Shown here: in pieces, positions 1 through 10,863 of the stretch
How the letters are laid out: each line of letters begins with the position of its first letter
Numbering within the stretch: the first letter of the stretch is position 1
From: Sanchytrium tribonematis
Lineage: Eukaryota
Length of the DNA stretch: 20,000 bases
NCBI GenBank assembly: GCA_018985235.1
Contig: JADGIG010000005.1
Location: forward strand, 50,511-70,510
Reading direction: 5' to 3'
The notes under the pieces: model-generated
The model's input: only the letters and a program-made list of their open reading frames with translations
Told to the model about the DNA's origin: nothing
Databases searched by the model: none
Position numbers and translations under genes: made by a program

Positions 1-1
1 A

Positions 2-790
2 ATATCTCCATTGATGCATTTAAACATATACCCAGAAGAAAAACCTACAAGTATAGACTGCAGATACAATCTTGTTGCAGTTGGATATCTCAATGGAGAG
101 GTTGCGCTATTCAAATTGAACGAAATACCGTCGGCTGTTAAGCCCTTCTTTCACAAGTATACCCATTCGTCAATTGTCAGCCGCGTTCATTTACCTGTCT
201 ATTTGGGGAATCCAACTCAACCTAAATTTGTTATTTCCTGCGGCCTGAACGGAAAAATCATATATAGTGAATTTTCAATCAAACAGGCCCATGGCGGTAT
301 TGCTTATTCAACTACAACTGCTCTGAGTAACTTTTGCTATTTAAATTTTGTCGATGGAGTTCTCTTTTGTGACACTGATGATACTGTAAAATTTGCGACC
401 AGCTTTAGTCGAACAGAAACAAGAAGGCTAGTGACTGTCCGCTCTGGGATTCGGGAATATGCTACATCCAATTTACACCCATTTATCGCAATGGGAGGAG
501 GTGCTGGCTGCTTAGTGATTCACAACGCAAATCAAAGTCGTGTTAAACATGGAAAAGTCTATATATATAGTTATTCTTATATTAAAGAAGTTGATGACTG
601 TCTCGAGATGTATATGATGGACAATTCTAAACTTCCAAAAGACCCGCCTCAGAGTCTTAGGCCTGATGGTTCGATGGTAGCAGTCCAAAATTCAGGCAAA
701 ATCAATGCGCTGAGCTGGTCCCCAAATCCAGAAAACTGCGGTCAAATTGCGCATTTAGGAAATAGCGTTTTAAGTATCTTCACATTATAA
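2..790 (+). CDS. WD40 protein, probable TFIIIC subunit (Tfc6/Sfc6/GTF3C2-like), 5' end outside window
   Basis: Frame is open from base 2. WD-like blades (VAVGYLNGEVALF, VISCGLNGKI); C-terminal motifs SNLHPFIAMGGGAGCLVIHN and INALSWSPNPENCGQIA resemble the Tfc6 family from memory. Confidence 0.6.
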   Translation: MSPLMHLNIYPEEKPTSIDCRYNLVAVGYLNGEVALFKLNEIPSAVKPFFHKYTHSSIVSRVHLPVYLGNPTQPKFVISCGLNGKIIYSEFSIKQAHGGIAYSTTTALSNFCYLNFVDGVLFCDTDDTVKFATSFSRTETRRLVTVRSGIREYATSNLHPFIAMGGGAGCLVIHNANQSRVKHGKVYIYSYSYIKEVDDCLEMYMMDNSKLPKDPPQSLRPDGSMVAVQNSGKINALSWSPNPENCGQIAHLGNSVLSIFTL

Positions 791-794
791 TTAT

Positions 795-3700
795 TTATTG
801 CCAAGAGGACATATTTAAACCAAGTACCATATCTTCAATTCTCGTATTAGTAAAAAACTTTTCTCTATAATACTGAATGCAAGCTTCTCTGTTCTTATGA
901 GGAAATAGTTTTTCTTGTTTAGAATCAATCCAAGTTTTGCTAGACATCCGGTTTAATGCCGATAACACAGTAATCAAAATAAGTTGTGGTAAAATTTCCA
1001 TAGGGATTGAACAAGTTCCGTCCAATGGTCCAAAATTTTGAATGTTCTTTCGCTTATACAAAGTCACAAATGCATTTTCGCGATCAGGCCTAATGACAAT
1101 GACAACATCACCAAAATCTCCTGAAATTGTCCATGGCATATATGGAATAGACCCTTCATCCCAAACAATATGAATGCTGTCGTTTCCTATATGTTTTTTC
1201 AAATAACTTTCGCCTCTACCTTGAATAAGTTGATGATCATGAAAAACAATTTCGTTGATTGCTGTAGTGATAATTCTACACTTGTCTTCTTCTTCAAGAC
1301 CTCCAGAAAATCCAGAATAGCTATCTAAATCAATAATCGGAGCTAGTTTGTTTGCAAAAGCAGTGTATTCTGGACTGAATCTAGTAGTTGAAAAGATTTC
1401 TTTTTCTGATTTTGCATCTTTAGCAACAAAAAAGAGACCGGCCTTGAAAGTTTCTCTTCCAAAAGATTTATCAACATTTTTCATCATCTTTTGAATATAG
1501 GTTGTATCTTCACTATACAAGATACCTCGATCTCTAAAATTACCAGTATTGGTTATACCCAAATGAATTAGAAACCTAACTAAATCATCACTCTTTTCTC
1601 GTCTGCCTTAACATCAAACCCTCAGTCACAGCCATTAATTTAAAATAAAAGTTTTTCCGATTCTAAATAAATAAAAAATACTTTTCCAAGCTTGTTTTCA
1701 CTAATTCCGTATCACTCCTTTTAAAATATTGTACTTCTTTCAAATTGACTCTAGGTGAAGTTGGCGCATTGGTCATAGGCAATGGTTGAAATGATAACTT
1801 CTTAGATCTTTCTGTGACATCGTCAATTTGAATCTTACTCGAATTAAAAAGTGTTTTAATACCAATAACATTAGTTGTATTGTTATTTAACAACAGTATA
1901 CTCTTTGGCAAACTTATGCATTTTTGAGGAATTTCTTTAAAATTTGAATCGTATAAATCCGTCTTATTATACAAATGAATCAGACTTGATTGACAAATTG
2001 CACTCAAAGTTTTTAATTCATTGGCGATATGCGCATTTTTGAATGGATTAGGTTCAATCTTGGAGAAATCTTCTAATGAAGAAATAGCATTTAATACTGG
2101 CAATATAATTTGCACCACATTAGATTTAGATTTGTATAAACAGCAACTATCTACTAGAAAGAAAGCCTGCTTTTCGATTAATCTAGCTCGAATAAGTTCT
2201 CTATCATGATCAGCGATTATGATACGCTTTTGTTCCTCAAGAGCTGTGACCATTTTACAAAGAATATTCAATAATAAATCCCCGTTGGAAATGCTGTTAA
2301 TAACATCAAAACAGCCATAGGTTAATGTATAGAGCAGATCGATGGAGCTATTCATGATTTCAATATTATCAGAACGACTTAAAATCAAACAATGACTAAC
2401 AATATCTTCAAGGTGCTTAAGGTGAGTTCCTTGAACATCTTTGACATTAAATTTTGCGACTGCATACAAGCCTAAAAGTTTCATTGAGTTGCAAATAAGT
2501 GGAACGTTCTCATCTTTCGAGATTTCTTTATCACGTTGCTCATAGAGCAATACATACTTTAAAAGATAGTTGATAATAAATTCGTGATTCAAGTCAGTGG
2601 AATCAGCATATAGAAATAAGTCTTGGCCAAGTCTCCAGAAATAGCTCAAATCCAATTGTGATTTCGATTTTAAGTCCTCTAAAACACTTACGGCTTTTTC
2701 TTTCTTATTAGAAGCAAATAAAGCAGCCATTAATTTAAAATAAAAGTTGTCCGATGAGATACTTTGGAGCTTCTCAACTAAGTATTTTGGTTTTAGCTGA
2801 TACAAAATATCAAAAATAAACAAAACCGGTGCAGCCGTGTCTGGTGCGCTAAAAAGCAATTCCAGATAATCCATATTTCCAAAAATATATTTGTCGACAA
2901 GAAACTCCGCGTGGTCGAATAAACTGGCATTCCTATTAGTCCAAGCAGCGAGCACTACCCGAAAAAGCATTTTTACTTGAGTTTTTGCAATAATTCTCTT
3001 TGCGGTAACACTCAACTTCAAATTTTGTGATTTTGCGAAAAAATCCATCATCAAGTATGTTGTTTCTCTGGTTAATTTCGTTTTCTCTAGAAGATTATAA
3101 GGATAATACCAGTTGGACGACCATTGTGAATCTCCTATTTTTTGGGCAGCTTCCACTGTAAAATACTCACTTTCAGTAAATAATTTATGGTTCGTTAAAC
3201 TAAATGTTTCTAATGCTTTTAAATTGAAGATCTCATTAGCGTTCATGTGTTTTAAAAAGGCAGAATATGTAATATCGCTCCATCTTTCAATAATGTAATC
3301 TACGAAATAAGCTCCTTGAATATTTTCGATCTGGTTCAAATGTGACTGAGGGTTTGATGTTAAGGGTACGACCAAAAATACTGTAGCGAATGATTCAGAC
3401 AGTGCAATCTTTTCCATGGTGGACGTACTGTTTTCATGAACAGATGAATAAATACTTTGAAAAACATGTATACAACTTCCGCAAATCATGTCCCAATCTG
3501 TATTTGGGGTTGAAAAGCATCTTTGAACAATACCTCGAAGAAAGTATAAGACTCTACTTACACCAGCTTGTTGCAAAGTATCAGAGCGAACATTGTTTAA
3601 AATTTGACATAACGTCGATACATCTTTTTCCTCCTGTTCGTGCCAAAATAATCGAAACGAGCTATCCTGAAGCCATCTTTGCAAAACATTCCAGCCCCAT

Positions 3701-4608
3701 TTAGGCTCAACAACCGTCAACTTTAAATCACTTTCAGCAGCATGTTTTAATGCAACCTGACAAACCATTCCAACCGCAGAATTCCAAATAAGTTTGTACG
3801 GTTCACCGAATTTTGATTCATGTGGAATATCACTATGCAATTTAAATTTCAACAGACTTACCCATGCAGGAAGAGGCTGCTGGACAATTAAATTCATATA
3901 TGGCGTAGCAATACTTTCTAAAATTCTAGGGTCAGGCGAGGAAGATTTTGTACCAGAATAAGAGTAGCCAAAATGATGTACTAGATCAGGCAAGTAATTC
4001 TTCACGACAGAATCCAACAACACTTGAACCAAATTACGTAGTCTTGTCCAACAGAAATGAGATGGTAAAAATCTGTCTCCTAATGCCAACGTAAAGACTG
4101 AACCACCATGCGCCCAGAGCTCATTTCTCCTTATTGTTTGAATTTCGTGATACAGGTATGGCGACGCAGCCACTATCAAACTTAAGGCTGCTGAGGTAAA
4201 CGCGACTTGCTGGTCGATGTTTAGTTCAAATGTCTTAAATGTGCCAGATGAGAACATAGTAAGAGCCAATATTGGCATCCCATCTTCAGGCTTTGCAGCA
4301 ATAGAAAACTTGATAAGATCTTCGAGTTTTGAGTCAGTCTTACCCATGGAATCACTCCATAACAATATGCAAAATTGTAATACTGCCCATTTTTCGGTTG
4401 AGTTATCATGTATAAGTGCAGTCAGAACATCAGCCGCATAATCTTTTATGACTAAGGCCAACTCTCCTTCAAAAATATCGGCCTTTAAAGGAAAGATCTC
4501 GTGATGAAACTCCTTGGCTAACTTGGATTTCCTATCGTCCACTTGACTGGCGTACTTCTTGTATTGTTTTGACTTCTTACCAGCTAGGTTTAAATTGGAA
4601 GAACTCAT
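795..4608 (-). CDS. RalGAP-alpha/tuberin-like RapGAP-domain protein; exons 4608-1682 and 1662-795, with a 48-nt stop-containing insertion at 1606-1653
   Basis: C-terminal RapGAP domain: RETFKAGLFFV, FSGGLE, EIVFH, KKHIGND (Asn thumb), GDFGDVVIVI, FGPLDG. The upstream motif VRFLIHLG is in frame with it. The 19-nt intron puts the long helical N-terminal ORF in the same frame as the GAP ORF. First in-frame ATG is at 4608. As assembled, four in-frame stops fall inside the insertion. Confidence 0.75.
1606..1630. repeat. 25-nt exact inverted copy of 3341-3365
   Basis: CCTTAACATCAAACCCTCAGTCACA is the reverse complement of TGTGACTGAGGGTTTGATGTTAAGG at 3341-3365. Confidence 0.95.
1629..1653. repeat. 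25-nt exact direct copy of 2724-2748
   Basis: CAGCCATTAATTTAAAATAAAAGTT occurs at both loci; both are followed after 1-2 nt by TCCGAT (1656-1661 and 2750-2755). Confidence 0.95.
1663..1681 (-). other. 19-nt spliceosomal intron (phase 2)
   Basis: GTATTTTTTATTTATTTAG; fits the consensus of the six other introns; splicing puts exon 1 in the frame of the GAP domain. Confidence 0.8.
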
Positions 4609-4787
4609 CTGTTTCAATAGTTGCACGTCGCCATCTTTTTTTATTTATTTTTCAAATTTTGTAATTAATTGTTTAACAGCATAAGCTTTAATTGTGTAGA
4701 CATCTGACTTAAGCTTCAACGATTATAAATTTATTTCTTCTGAGTATGACCGCAGTAAAACCCAAAAAAATTAATTTACTTCAAATT

Positions 4788-6153
4788 TTAAGTGATGGAG
4801 ACTCGCTTTTGAACGTCTTCTCTTTTCGTCATTTCGCTAGATTGTTTTATAATGCCGCGTTTCTTATTTTCGGCTGCTTGAATAAGTTTGATGTATTCAA
4901 ATGTAGTTTCTCCCATTTCAACACTGTCCATTCCTTCTTCATATTGCTCGTCATTTAATTGTAATTTCAGTCCCGGGATTTTTCCCATAACGTATAAAAT
5001 TGCCACAGTCCAACAAAATGACCATGCCCCACATACAATACAATCTAAAATTTGCCATCCTAGTAGCTGATATTCTCCTTCAATAATACCACTATATTGA
5101 ACAGAAGTACCATCGAGAGCCGGCCAGTATCTTTCGCAAAATACTCCATTTAAAATATTACCGACGACACCTCCAACCCCATGAACACTAAATACGTCTA
5201 ACTAAGTTAAATTAGATTACAGTATCATCAAATCTCATTTTTTCCTTAATTTTACCGCTTAAAAAGCAACAAACTGCTCCTATGTGCCCAATTGCAATAG
5301 CACTTGAGGGCGACACAAATCCAGCGCAAGGCGTTATAGCTACAAGACCACTTATTGCACCTGCGCAAAATCCGGTTGATGTTATTTTTCCTTTTTTCAT
5401 AAAATCCATAATCATCCAAGTCATAGAAGCTGCTGCAGCGGCTAGATTAGTCGCTACAATTGCAGCAGTTGCACGTCCATCAGCCTTTAATGCACTACCG
5501 CCATTAAATCCATTCCAACCAAACCAAAGTAATAGAGTTCCTAAAACAACACTGACAGGGGAATAAGGATCTCCAGATTGCTGTTTTTTGTTTTTTCGCT
5601 GTCCAACCATTAAGACATAAGCCAATGCTGCAAAACCACTAGAAATATGCACTGGTGAGCCACCAGCAAAATCCAAGACTCCATTTTTGAATAACCAACC
5701 ATTTGCGTTCCAACACCAATAAGCGATAGGATCATAGACAATAAATGACCAAATAAATACAAAAATAAGTTTAGGAAACATTCTAGCTCGGTCAGCGGCG
5801 CCTCCGATAACCAATGCAGGCGTTATACATGCAAACGTTGCCTGAAAAAATACAAACGCGTATTCAGGATATGGGCTAACTCTAGTAATATCTATATTTT
5901 GGAAAAATGCTTTGTCAAAAGCACCAATAAAACCACTACCATTTTCTGAATAGACGAGTGAATAACCTGCAAAAAACCATTGCATCATTACAATTGAATT
6001 AGCTATATAACATAATAATAGAATTGATAATGCAGATTTTTGATTCGTAAGTCCAGAGTAAAAGTAACCCAAGCCTGGTATCATTATAAACACCAAAACC
6101 GCGCTTAACAACAAAAAAGCTGTATTTCCATCATAGTCATCAATCTCGACCAT
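4788..6153 (-). CDS. Ammonium transporter, Amt/Mep family; exons 6153-5221 and 5201-4788, 448 aa
   Basis: MIPGLGYFYSG, FQATFA, DFAGGSPVH, LWFGWNGFNGGS, GLVAITP. Splicing gives FDDT|LDVFSVHGVGG, supplying the second conserved pore His. Confidence 0.95.
5202..5220 (-). other. 19-nt spliceosomal intron (phase 0)
   Basis: GTAATCTAATTTAACTTAG; removal rebuilds the Amt motif DDTLDVFSVHG. Confidence 0.95.
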
Positions 6154-6322
6154 TATATCAAGCCACCTCTTCAAAAATTCAAATAAATTATATGTGAATT
6201 TGTAAAATTAATAATTATATAAATCAGTTAAAACGAACGTTCTATTTATTATGACCCTAGACCTTTTTTAATTCAATCGAAAGATCTCTCTCTAATAAAT
6301 TCAGCAATTTAATTCTCGAATA

Positions 6323-7063
6323 CTAATTTTTTAACTCCGTAATAGGTTCGAGACCATCAGAAATTCTCTTGATATTAATTTCCTCTAATGTCAATGTTGG
6401 TAACGAAAAATCAATTTTCTCAGGAATCTTTGTTTTTTTCTTAAAAAGCTTCGACGCTTTATTTTTACTATAGCCATGCTTTGCACTAGCCTTGTTTTTG
6501 ACATTGATGTCTGGAACAGCTTGAGTTTCGTTTTCTTCAACACTGTCTTCATCATTCAAAAGCTTACTAATCGGAGAAACATACAACGGTAAACCGTAAA
6601 TATCTTCAAGTACAGCACGTTTCATTATTCTCGGCAAAATGATACTACACACTCTTTCTTCATTTAAGAGTTTATCGATGAATTCGTCCATGTGTATAAT
6701 CTGAAATTCTGATGTGGTCCTATATCTGAGTTTTTGATATTTTGAGAAAAATGGTTCTAAAGTTTGATATATTGATGATGCATCCATCGTCATTCGAAAA
6801 TACAATAAGCCTAATGCAGATAAGTATTTAAAGGAGCTGTTGTTTATGTAGGCTAAAACTATTTCTTTTGAGGGTTTTATTATGGAAAGCCTATACAACA
6901 AACAAATAAATTCTGAAGCTTTTTGATTACCTCCAAAAGTTCCACCTACATATTGAAGTTTTACAGCACGATCCACGATTGTAGCTGCATTTAAACCGAA
7001 GCACATTTCCTTATAATAATTTGATTGTAGAATTCTATGAACTACAATTTCTTCAAAAATCAT
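6323..7063 (-). CDS. PRP38: Pre-mRNA splicing factor Prp38 (PRP38A-type)
   Basis: RILQSNYYKEMCFGLNAATIVDRAVKLQYVGG, FICLLYRL, FKYLSALGLLYFRM, HMDEFIDKLLNEERVCSIILPRI. Confidence 0.92.
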   Translation of the reverse strand: MIFEEIVVHRILQSNYYKEMCFGLNAATIVDRAVKLQYVGGTFGGNQKASEFICLLYRLSIIKPSKEIVLAYINNSSFKYLSALGLLYFRMTMDASSIYQTLEPFFSKYQKLRYRTTSEFQIIHMDEFIDKLLNEERVCSIILPRIMKRAVLEDIYGLPLYVSPISKLLNDEDSVEENETQAVPDINVKNKASAKHGYSKNKASKLFKKKTKIPEKIDFSLPTLTLEEINIKRISDGLEPITELKN

Positions 7064-7077
7064 GTTTTACAACTCCT

Positions 7078-7942
7078 TTATTGAGAGAGCGATTGCATAT
7101 ATGCATACCTTACAGCGTGCTCTTTCCAACTATGTTGTAATTCCTTGGCATCCACTATCGAGTGCCAATCTTTCGTCATACTTTTTCTCCAAACTTTCAG
7201 AGCTTCAATCGGATCCGCACTTAAAGACATCAAAAACTCGTACCGGTATTGTTCATCTAGCATTTTGGATTTTAAAGCAGACATAGCTTCCGAGGTATCT
7301 TTCGATTCAGGATATGAGAGATTGGCACTATAAACGGTAATCAATTTTTCTAAATTATTGAAAATTACCACCGGTATCCTCCTTCAAGTCGATTACTACC
7401 TTGTCAATTGATTTGGTTAAAGTTGAAATCTTTTCATCCAAGACATCTAGGGTCAGGCTATCCCGCTTGAAAATCTTTTTAAGCATTGAATCACACTGAA
7501 TAATATTATCGTGGAAAATTTTATGTAAAGTTGCATACTGAATAATAATGGACTCGATATAAGCTAAATTAAAGGCCACATCAGACCCCACAACAATTTC
7601 CATAAACTTTTTTAACTCGCCTATAGGTTGCACCAAAGTTCCAGAATTTAATTCTAAAACTAGTGATGAAGGGCGCGAAGGACGTTGGCAATTGAATACA
7701 GATTTTGGATGTGATTCAGTAGGCTCATAAGTCACTTTTTCGTCGGCATATATAATTTCCATTCTTGTTATGTAAGCACTTAAATGTGTACATGTAATAT
7801 TTAATGTTTTATCTTTAATTTGCCATTTCAGTAGTTCGCGGTGACCTTTTAAAGGCATGGAATACAGCTGAGACTGCAGTAATAAGTCCAACTTTGAATT
7901 CAACGCATTTATGGTGTCAATTTTGCTTTGCAAAGGAAACAT
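7078..7942 (-). CDS. SWI/SNF-RSC subunit, Snf12/BAF60 (SWIB domain)-like, shortened; exons 7942-7369 and 7349-7078, 281 aa
   Basis: SWIB-like IIQYATLHKIFHDNIIQCDSMLKKIF; C-terminal RYEFLMSLSADPIEALKVWRKSMTKDW and WKEHAVRY resemble the BAF60 C-terminus. Confidence 0.75.
7350..7368 (-). other. 19-nt spliceosomal intron (phase 1)
   Basis: GTAATTTTCAATAATTTAG; removal joins the two ORFs as DTG-E-KLITV. Confidence 0.9.
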
Positions 7943-7973
7943 TTAATTTCTCCAAGTATCAAGTGAATAAATA

Positions 7974-9332
7974 ATGGCAAACTCCAAGACGACAGATTGC
8001 CAACACCCATCAGTCTATGGCTCACTTTGCGTCGTTTGCGGTCAAGAAGTGGTGGAAAACAATCAGAATGATGAAGAATACCACTCTATATTGCATGATA
8101 ATATACATTTAAAAATGAATAAATCCAATAGGGAAATTGATGCTACGAAACAAGTTCAAGGCTTGCAAAAATCTAAACAACTAGTATGCATTCTAGATTT
8201 AGACCAGACTATCCTTCATTGTTTAACAGGAAAAAAAGATGAAGACGAGGAAGTATTTGATTTTCAATTGCAACACGAAACTTATAGAATATATTTTCGA
8301 CCACATTTGACAAATGTTCTAAACACTTTGAATTCAATCTACACAACTCACATATATACCATGGGAACAAACGAATACTGTGAAAAAATAACTAATTATT
8401 TAAAAGCAGAAATGAACTTCGACGTACTGTCGAGGTGGATGGGTAGAGATAACAACGTGCTTCCAAAGGACGAATTTCATATGAAATCAATTTTGAGGTT
8501 CAATTGTCCCATAGATTTAACCGTGGTACTAGATGACAGGCTGGATGTTTGGAAGCAACAAGACAATGTGATTCCTATACTACCTTACTATTATTCGCTC
8601 ATCGGAGACATTCATGGCTCAGATCGCTTTGAACTCCATCAAAGTGTCGTTTTTAGAATGGATAATCACTTAATATATGTCAATAGATTGCTTCAATACC
8701 TCCATGAGGCTTTTTACAAAGAGGACGAAAACGGAAATTCAATTACAACGAGTGTCCCTAAGCTCCTTAAAAAAAGACTGAATATTTTTTGCAATTGCTT
8801 CTTTGTTTTGTCGGGATTTATCCCAAATAATAAGAACTACATTCCAATTTTTCATTTGATTGAAAAATTCGGGGGTACTATTACAGAAACGGTGAACGAA
8901 AAAACAACGCATTGCATTTGTATGTATGAAGGCTCAGTCATAAATAAGGATCAATTTGAAGATGAAGAAGTTCCTATTCCAAGAGATCCTAGTGATGATA
9001 AGCAAATTGCGGCTTTTTTGCTTCAAAAATCGGAGCTTCCTATAAAAATTACTGATAAGGTTAAAGATGCAAAGAAAAAATGCTATATGCTTCCACCTGA
9101 GTGGGTATATTTAAGTTGTTATTCATTCTACAAACTAGATGAAACCATTTATAACTACAAAAATTCACTTCCTCTAGGAAGCCCATTTGTTCGCTCCAAA
9201 AATTCATCTATTAAAGTTAAAGAAAAAAATTTAAAAATTGCTGGTGAAAGAAATAGAGTTAATTCGATTTCCTCCATTTCTTCCGGTGAATTGGACTCCT
9301 TTGCAGACAATCTCGAAAAAGACCTAGAATAA
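7974..9332 (+). CDS. FCP1: RNA polymerase II CTD phosphatase Fcp1
   Basis: CQHPSVYGSLCVVCG, catalytic LDLDQTILH (DxDxT), HIYTMG, VVLDDRLDVW, C-terminal BRCT-like region (FVLSG, KFGG, TTH, PEWVYLS). Confidence 0.93.
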   Translation: MANSKTTDCQHPSVYGSLCVVCGQEVVENNQNDEEYHSILHDNIHLKMNKSNREIDATKQVQGLQKSKQLVCILDLDQTILHCLTGKKDEDEEVFDFQLQHETYRIYFRPHLTNVLNTLNSIYTTHIYTMGTNEYCEKITNYLKAEMNFDVLSRWMGRDNNVLPKDEFHMKSILRFNCPIDLTVVLDDRLDVWKQQDNVIPILPYYYSLIGDIHGSDRFELHQSVVFRMDNHLIYVNRLLQYLHEAFYKEDENGNSITTSVPKLLKKRLNIFCNCFFVLSGFIPNNKNYIPIFHLIEKFGGTITETVNEKTTHCICMYEGSVINKDQFEDEEVPIPRDPSDDKQIAAFLLQKSELPIKITDKVKDAKKKCYMLPPEWVYLSCYSFYKLDETIYNYKNSLPLGSPFVRSKNSSIKVKEKNLKIAGERNRVNSISSISSGELDSFADNLEKDLE

Positions 9333-9390
9333 ATGTAAATGGCAATAATTTTATTCTTCAAATTAATTTGAGACGATCTAAAATTAATTT

Positions 9391-10863
9391 ATGGACAGAA
9401 ATCTCCTCACATTTAAAAATGCTTTGCAAATTGTTCTAGATTACAAAAAGAACTATACCAAAGAAGGTGATAACCATGATTTGCATCAAAGGAGTGCCGA
9501 TAGAATTCTTGAAATAGCGGAAAGAAATGGAGGGGTTTATATTAAGCTTGGACAACATCTGAGTTCCCTTGTTTATTTGGTTCCTGATGAGTATGTCACA
9601 ACTTTGTCGAAGTTATATGACAACTGCCCAGTCTCCTCCATAGAGAGTATTGGCGAAATGGTCAAGGAAGAAACCGGAAGCGAATTAATAGATTTATTTA
9701 AAGATATAGATCCAATCCCAATTGGAACCGCTTCCTTGGCACAAGTTCACAAGTTCGGAGATTTTGCTTTGAAGTTCCAACATCCCAACATGATCAAGTA
9801 TGCTGCGAAGGATATGAACTTGGTTAGTAGAATAACAAAATTGGTGAAATACACCTTTCCAGCATTTAATCTCAGCTGGCTTAGCGAAGAGATGAACAGA
9901 AATTTACCTCAAGAAATGGATTTTCGTTGCGAAGCATCAAATGCTGAGACACTTCGAGGTAATTTTTTTGGCCATAGATACAAAATTAGAAGCACTCCAT
10001 GTTTATTCGAGCCGGATAAAATCAAAACCAAGTCATTAAGGACTTTTGGTGGAGTGGAAAAAGTGTTGAAAATTCCAAAGATTTATTTTGCGACTAAGCG
10101 TGTGCTCTGTATGGAATACATATATGGCGCGAAAGTTGATGATATAGATTATATGATAAAGCACAATATAAAGCCTCACCAAGTAGCAAGATCGCTCAGT
10201 TATCTATTTGGAAATATGATTTACCTCCATGGATTTACTCATTGTGATCCACATTTGGGAAACCTCATGATTCAAGCTAGGCCAAGTCGCGGCTTTTTTG
10301 ATACTTTTTATAAATTGATTACAGGAACCCCCAATTTTTATCTAGTGCTGCTGGACCATGGACTCTATAGAGGACTCGAGCCCGAGTTTAGGTTGAGTTA
10401 CGCCTATCTTTGGAAGGCATTGGCTTCGGGAAATGAGAAAGATATTAAATATTGGTCAAACAAAGTCGGCAATGGAATTTCGGCATATAGGCTTTTTTCG
10501 AGTATGCTAACTGGTCGCAGTTGGGAAACCATATCTGACACAGGGTTGAACTCGGAAAGATCTATTAGAGAACAACAGGCGATGTCTAGAGCAGGAATTT
10601 ATATTACCGATATTGCGGATATTCTTGCAACTATTCCGCGGGAACTTTTACTAGTACTGAAGACAAATGATTTGTTGCGCAGTCTTGACTACAAACTGGA
10701 CTGTGGCCCGTTTATATCATATTTTTGTCTTTTAAGGCTTGTTAATCGAAGCATTTATAATAAGGAAGGTCGTTTTTTTGAATTTATAAAAGAAGATATT
10801 AAATGGAGGACTTTGGATTACAGTTTGGGCTTCTACTACAATTTAAAATATTTATTGTTTTAA
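9391..10863 (+). CDS. ABC1/UbiB atypical kinase (ADCK1/Mcp2-like)
   Basis: NGGVYIKLGQ, PIGTASLAQVH, LPQEMDFRCEA, HCDPHLGN, LLDHGLY, LLVLKTNDLLR. Confidence 0.92.
   Translation: MDRNLLTFKNALQIVLDYKKNYTKEGDNHDLHQRSADRILEIAERNGGVYIKLGQHLSSLVYLVPDEYVTTLSKLYDNCPVSSIESIGEMVKEETGSELIDLFKDIDPIPIGTASLAQVHKFGDFALKFQHPNMIKYAAKDMNLVSRITKLVKYTFPAFNLSWLSEEMNRNLPQEMDFRCEASNAETLRGNFFGHRYKIRSTPCLFEPDKIKTKSLRTFGGVEKVLKIPKIYFATKRVLCMEYIYGAKVDDIDYMIKHNIKPHQVARSLSYLFGNMIYLHGFTHCDPHLGNLMIQARPSRGFFDTFYKLITGTPNFYLVLLDHGLYRGLEPEFRLSYAYLWKALASGNEKDIKYWSNKVGNGISAYRLFSSMLTGRSWETISDTGLNSERSIREQQAMSRAGIYITDIADILATIPRELLLVLKTNDLLRSLDYKLDCGPFISYFCLLRLVNRSIYNKEGRFFEFIKEDIKWRTLDYSLGFYYNLKYLLF

Noticed and set aside
557..587. 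AT-rich GTCTATATATATAG... stretch in the WD40 gene as another intron
   Set aside because: No GTA start or 19-nt GT-TAG fit, and the frame is continuous into the conserved C-terminus.
1606..1653. CRISPR-like spacer pair or DGR template repeat
   Set aside because: No flanking repeats, no adenine-specific mismatches, no RT or Cas gene nearby; eukaryotic housekeeping context.
4614..4634. Upstream out-of-frame ATG (MATCNY*) as first exon of the RapGAP gene
   Set aside because: The only nearby GT-AG (18 nt, GTGC...CAG) breaks the consensus and gives an immediate stop; may lie upstream of the transcription start.
4660..4787. Longer spacer with two AAGCTT and CTGA motifs as a possible snoRNA or snRNA
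   Set aside because: No convincing box C/D pairing, Sm site or snRNA signature by eye; more simply the Amt 3' UTR plus RapGAP promoter. An Infernal search would settle it.
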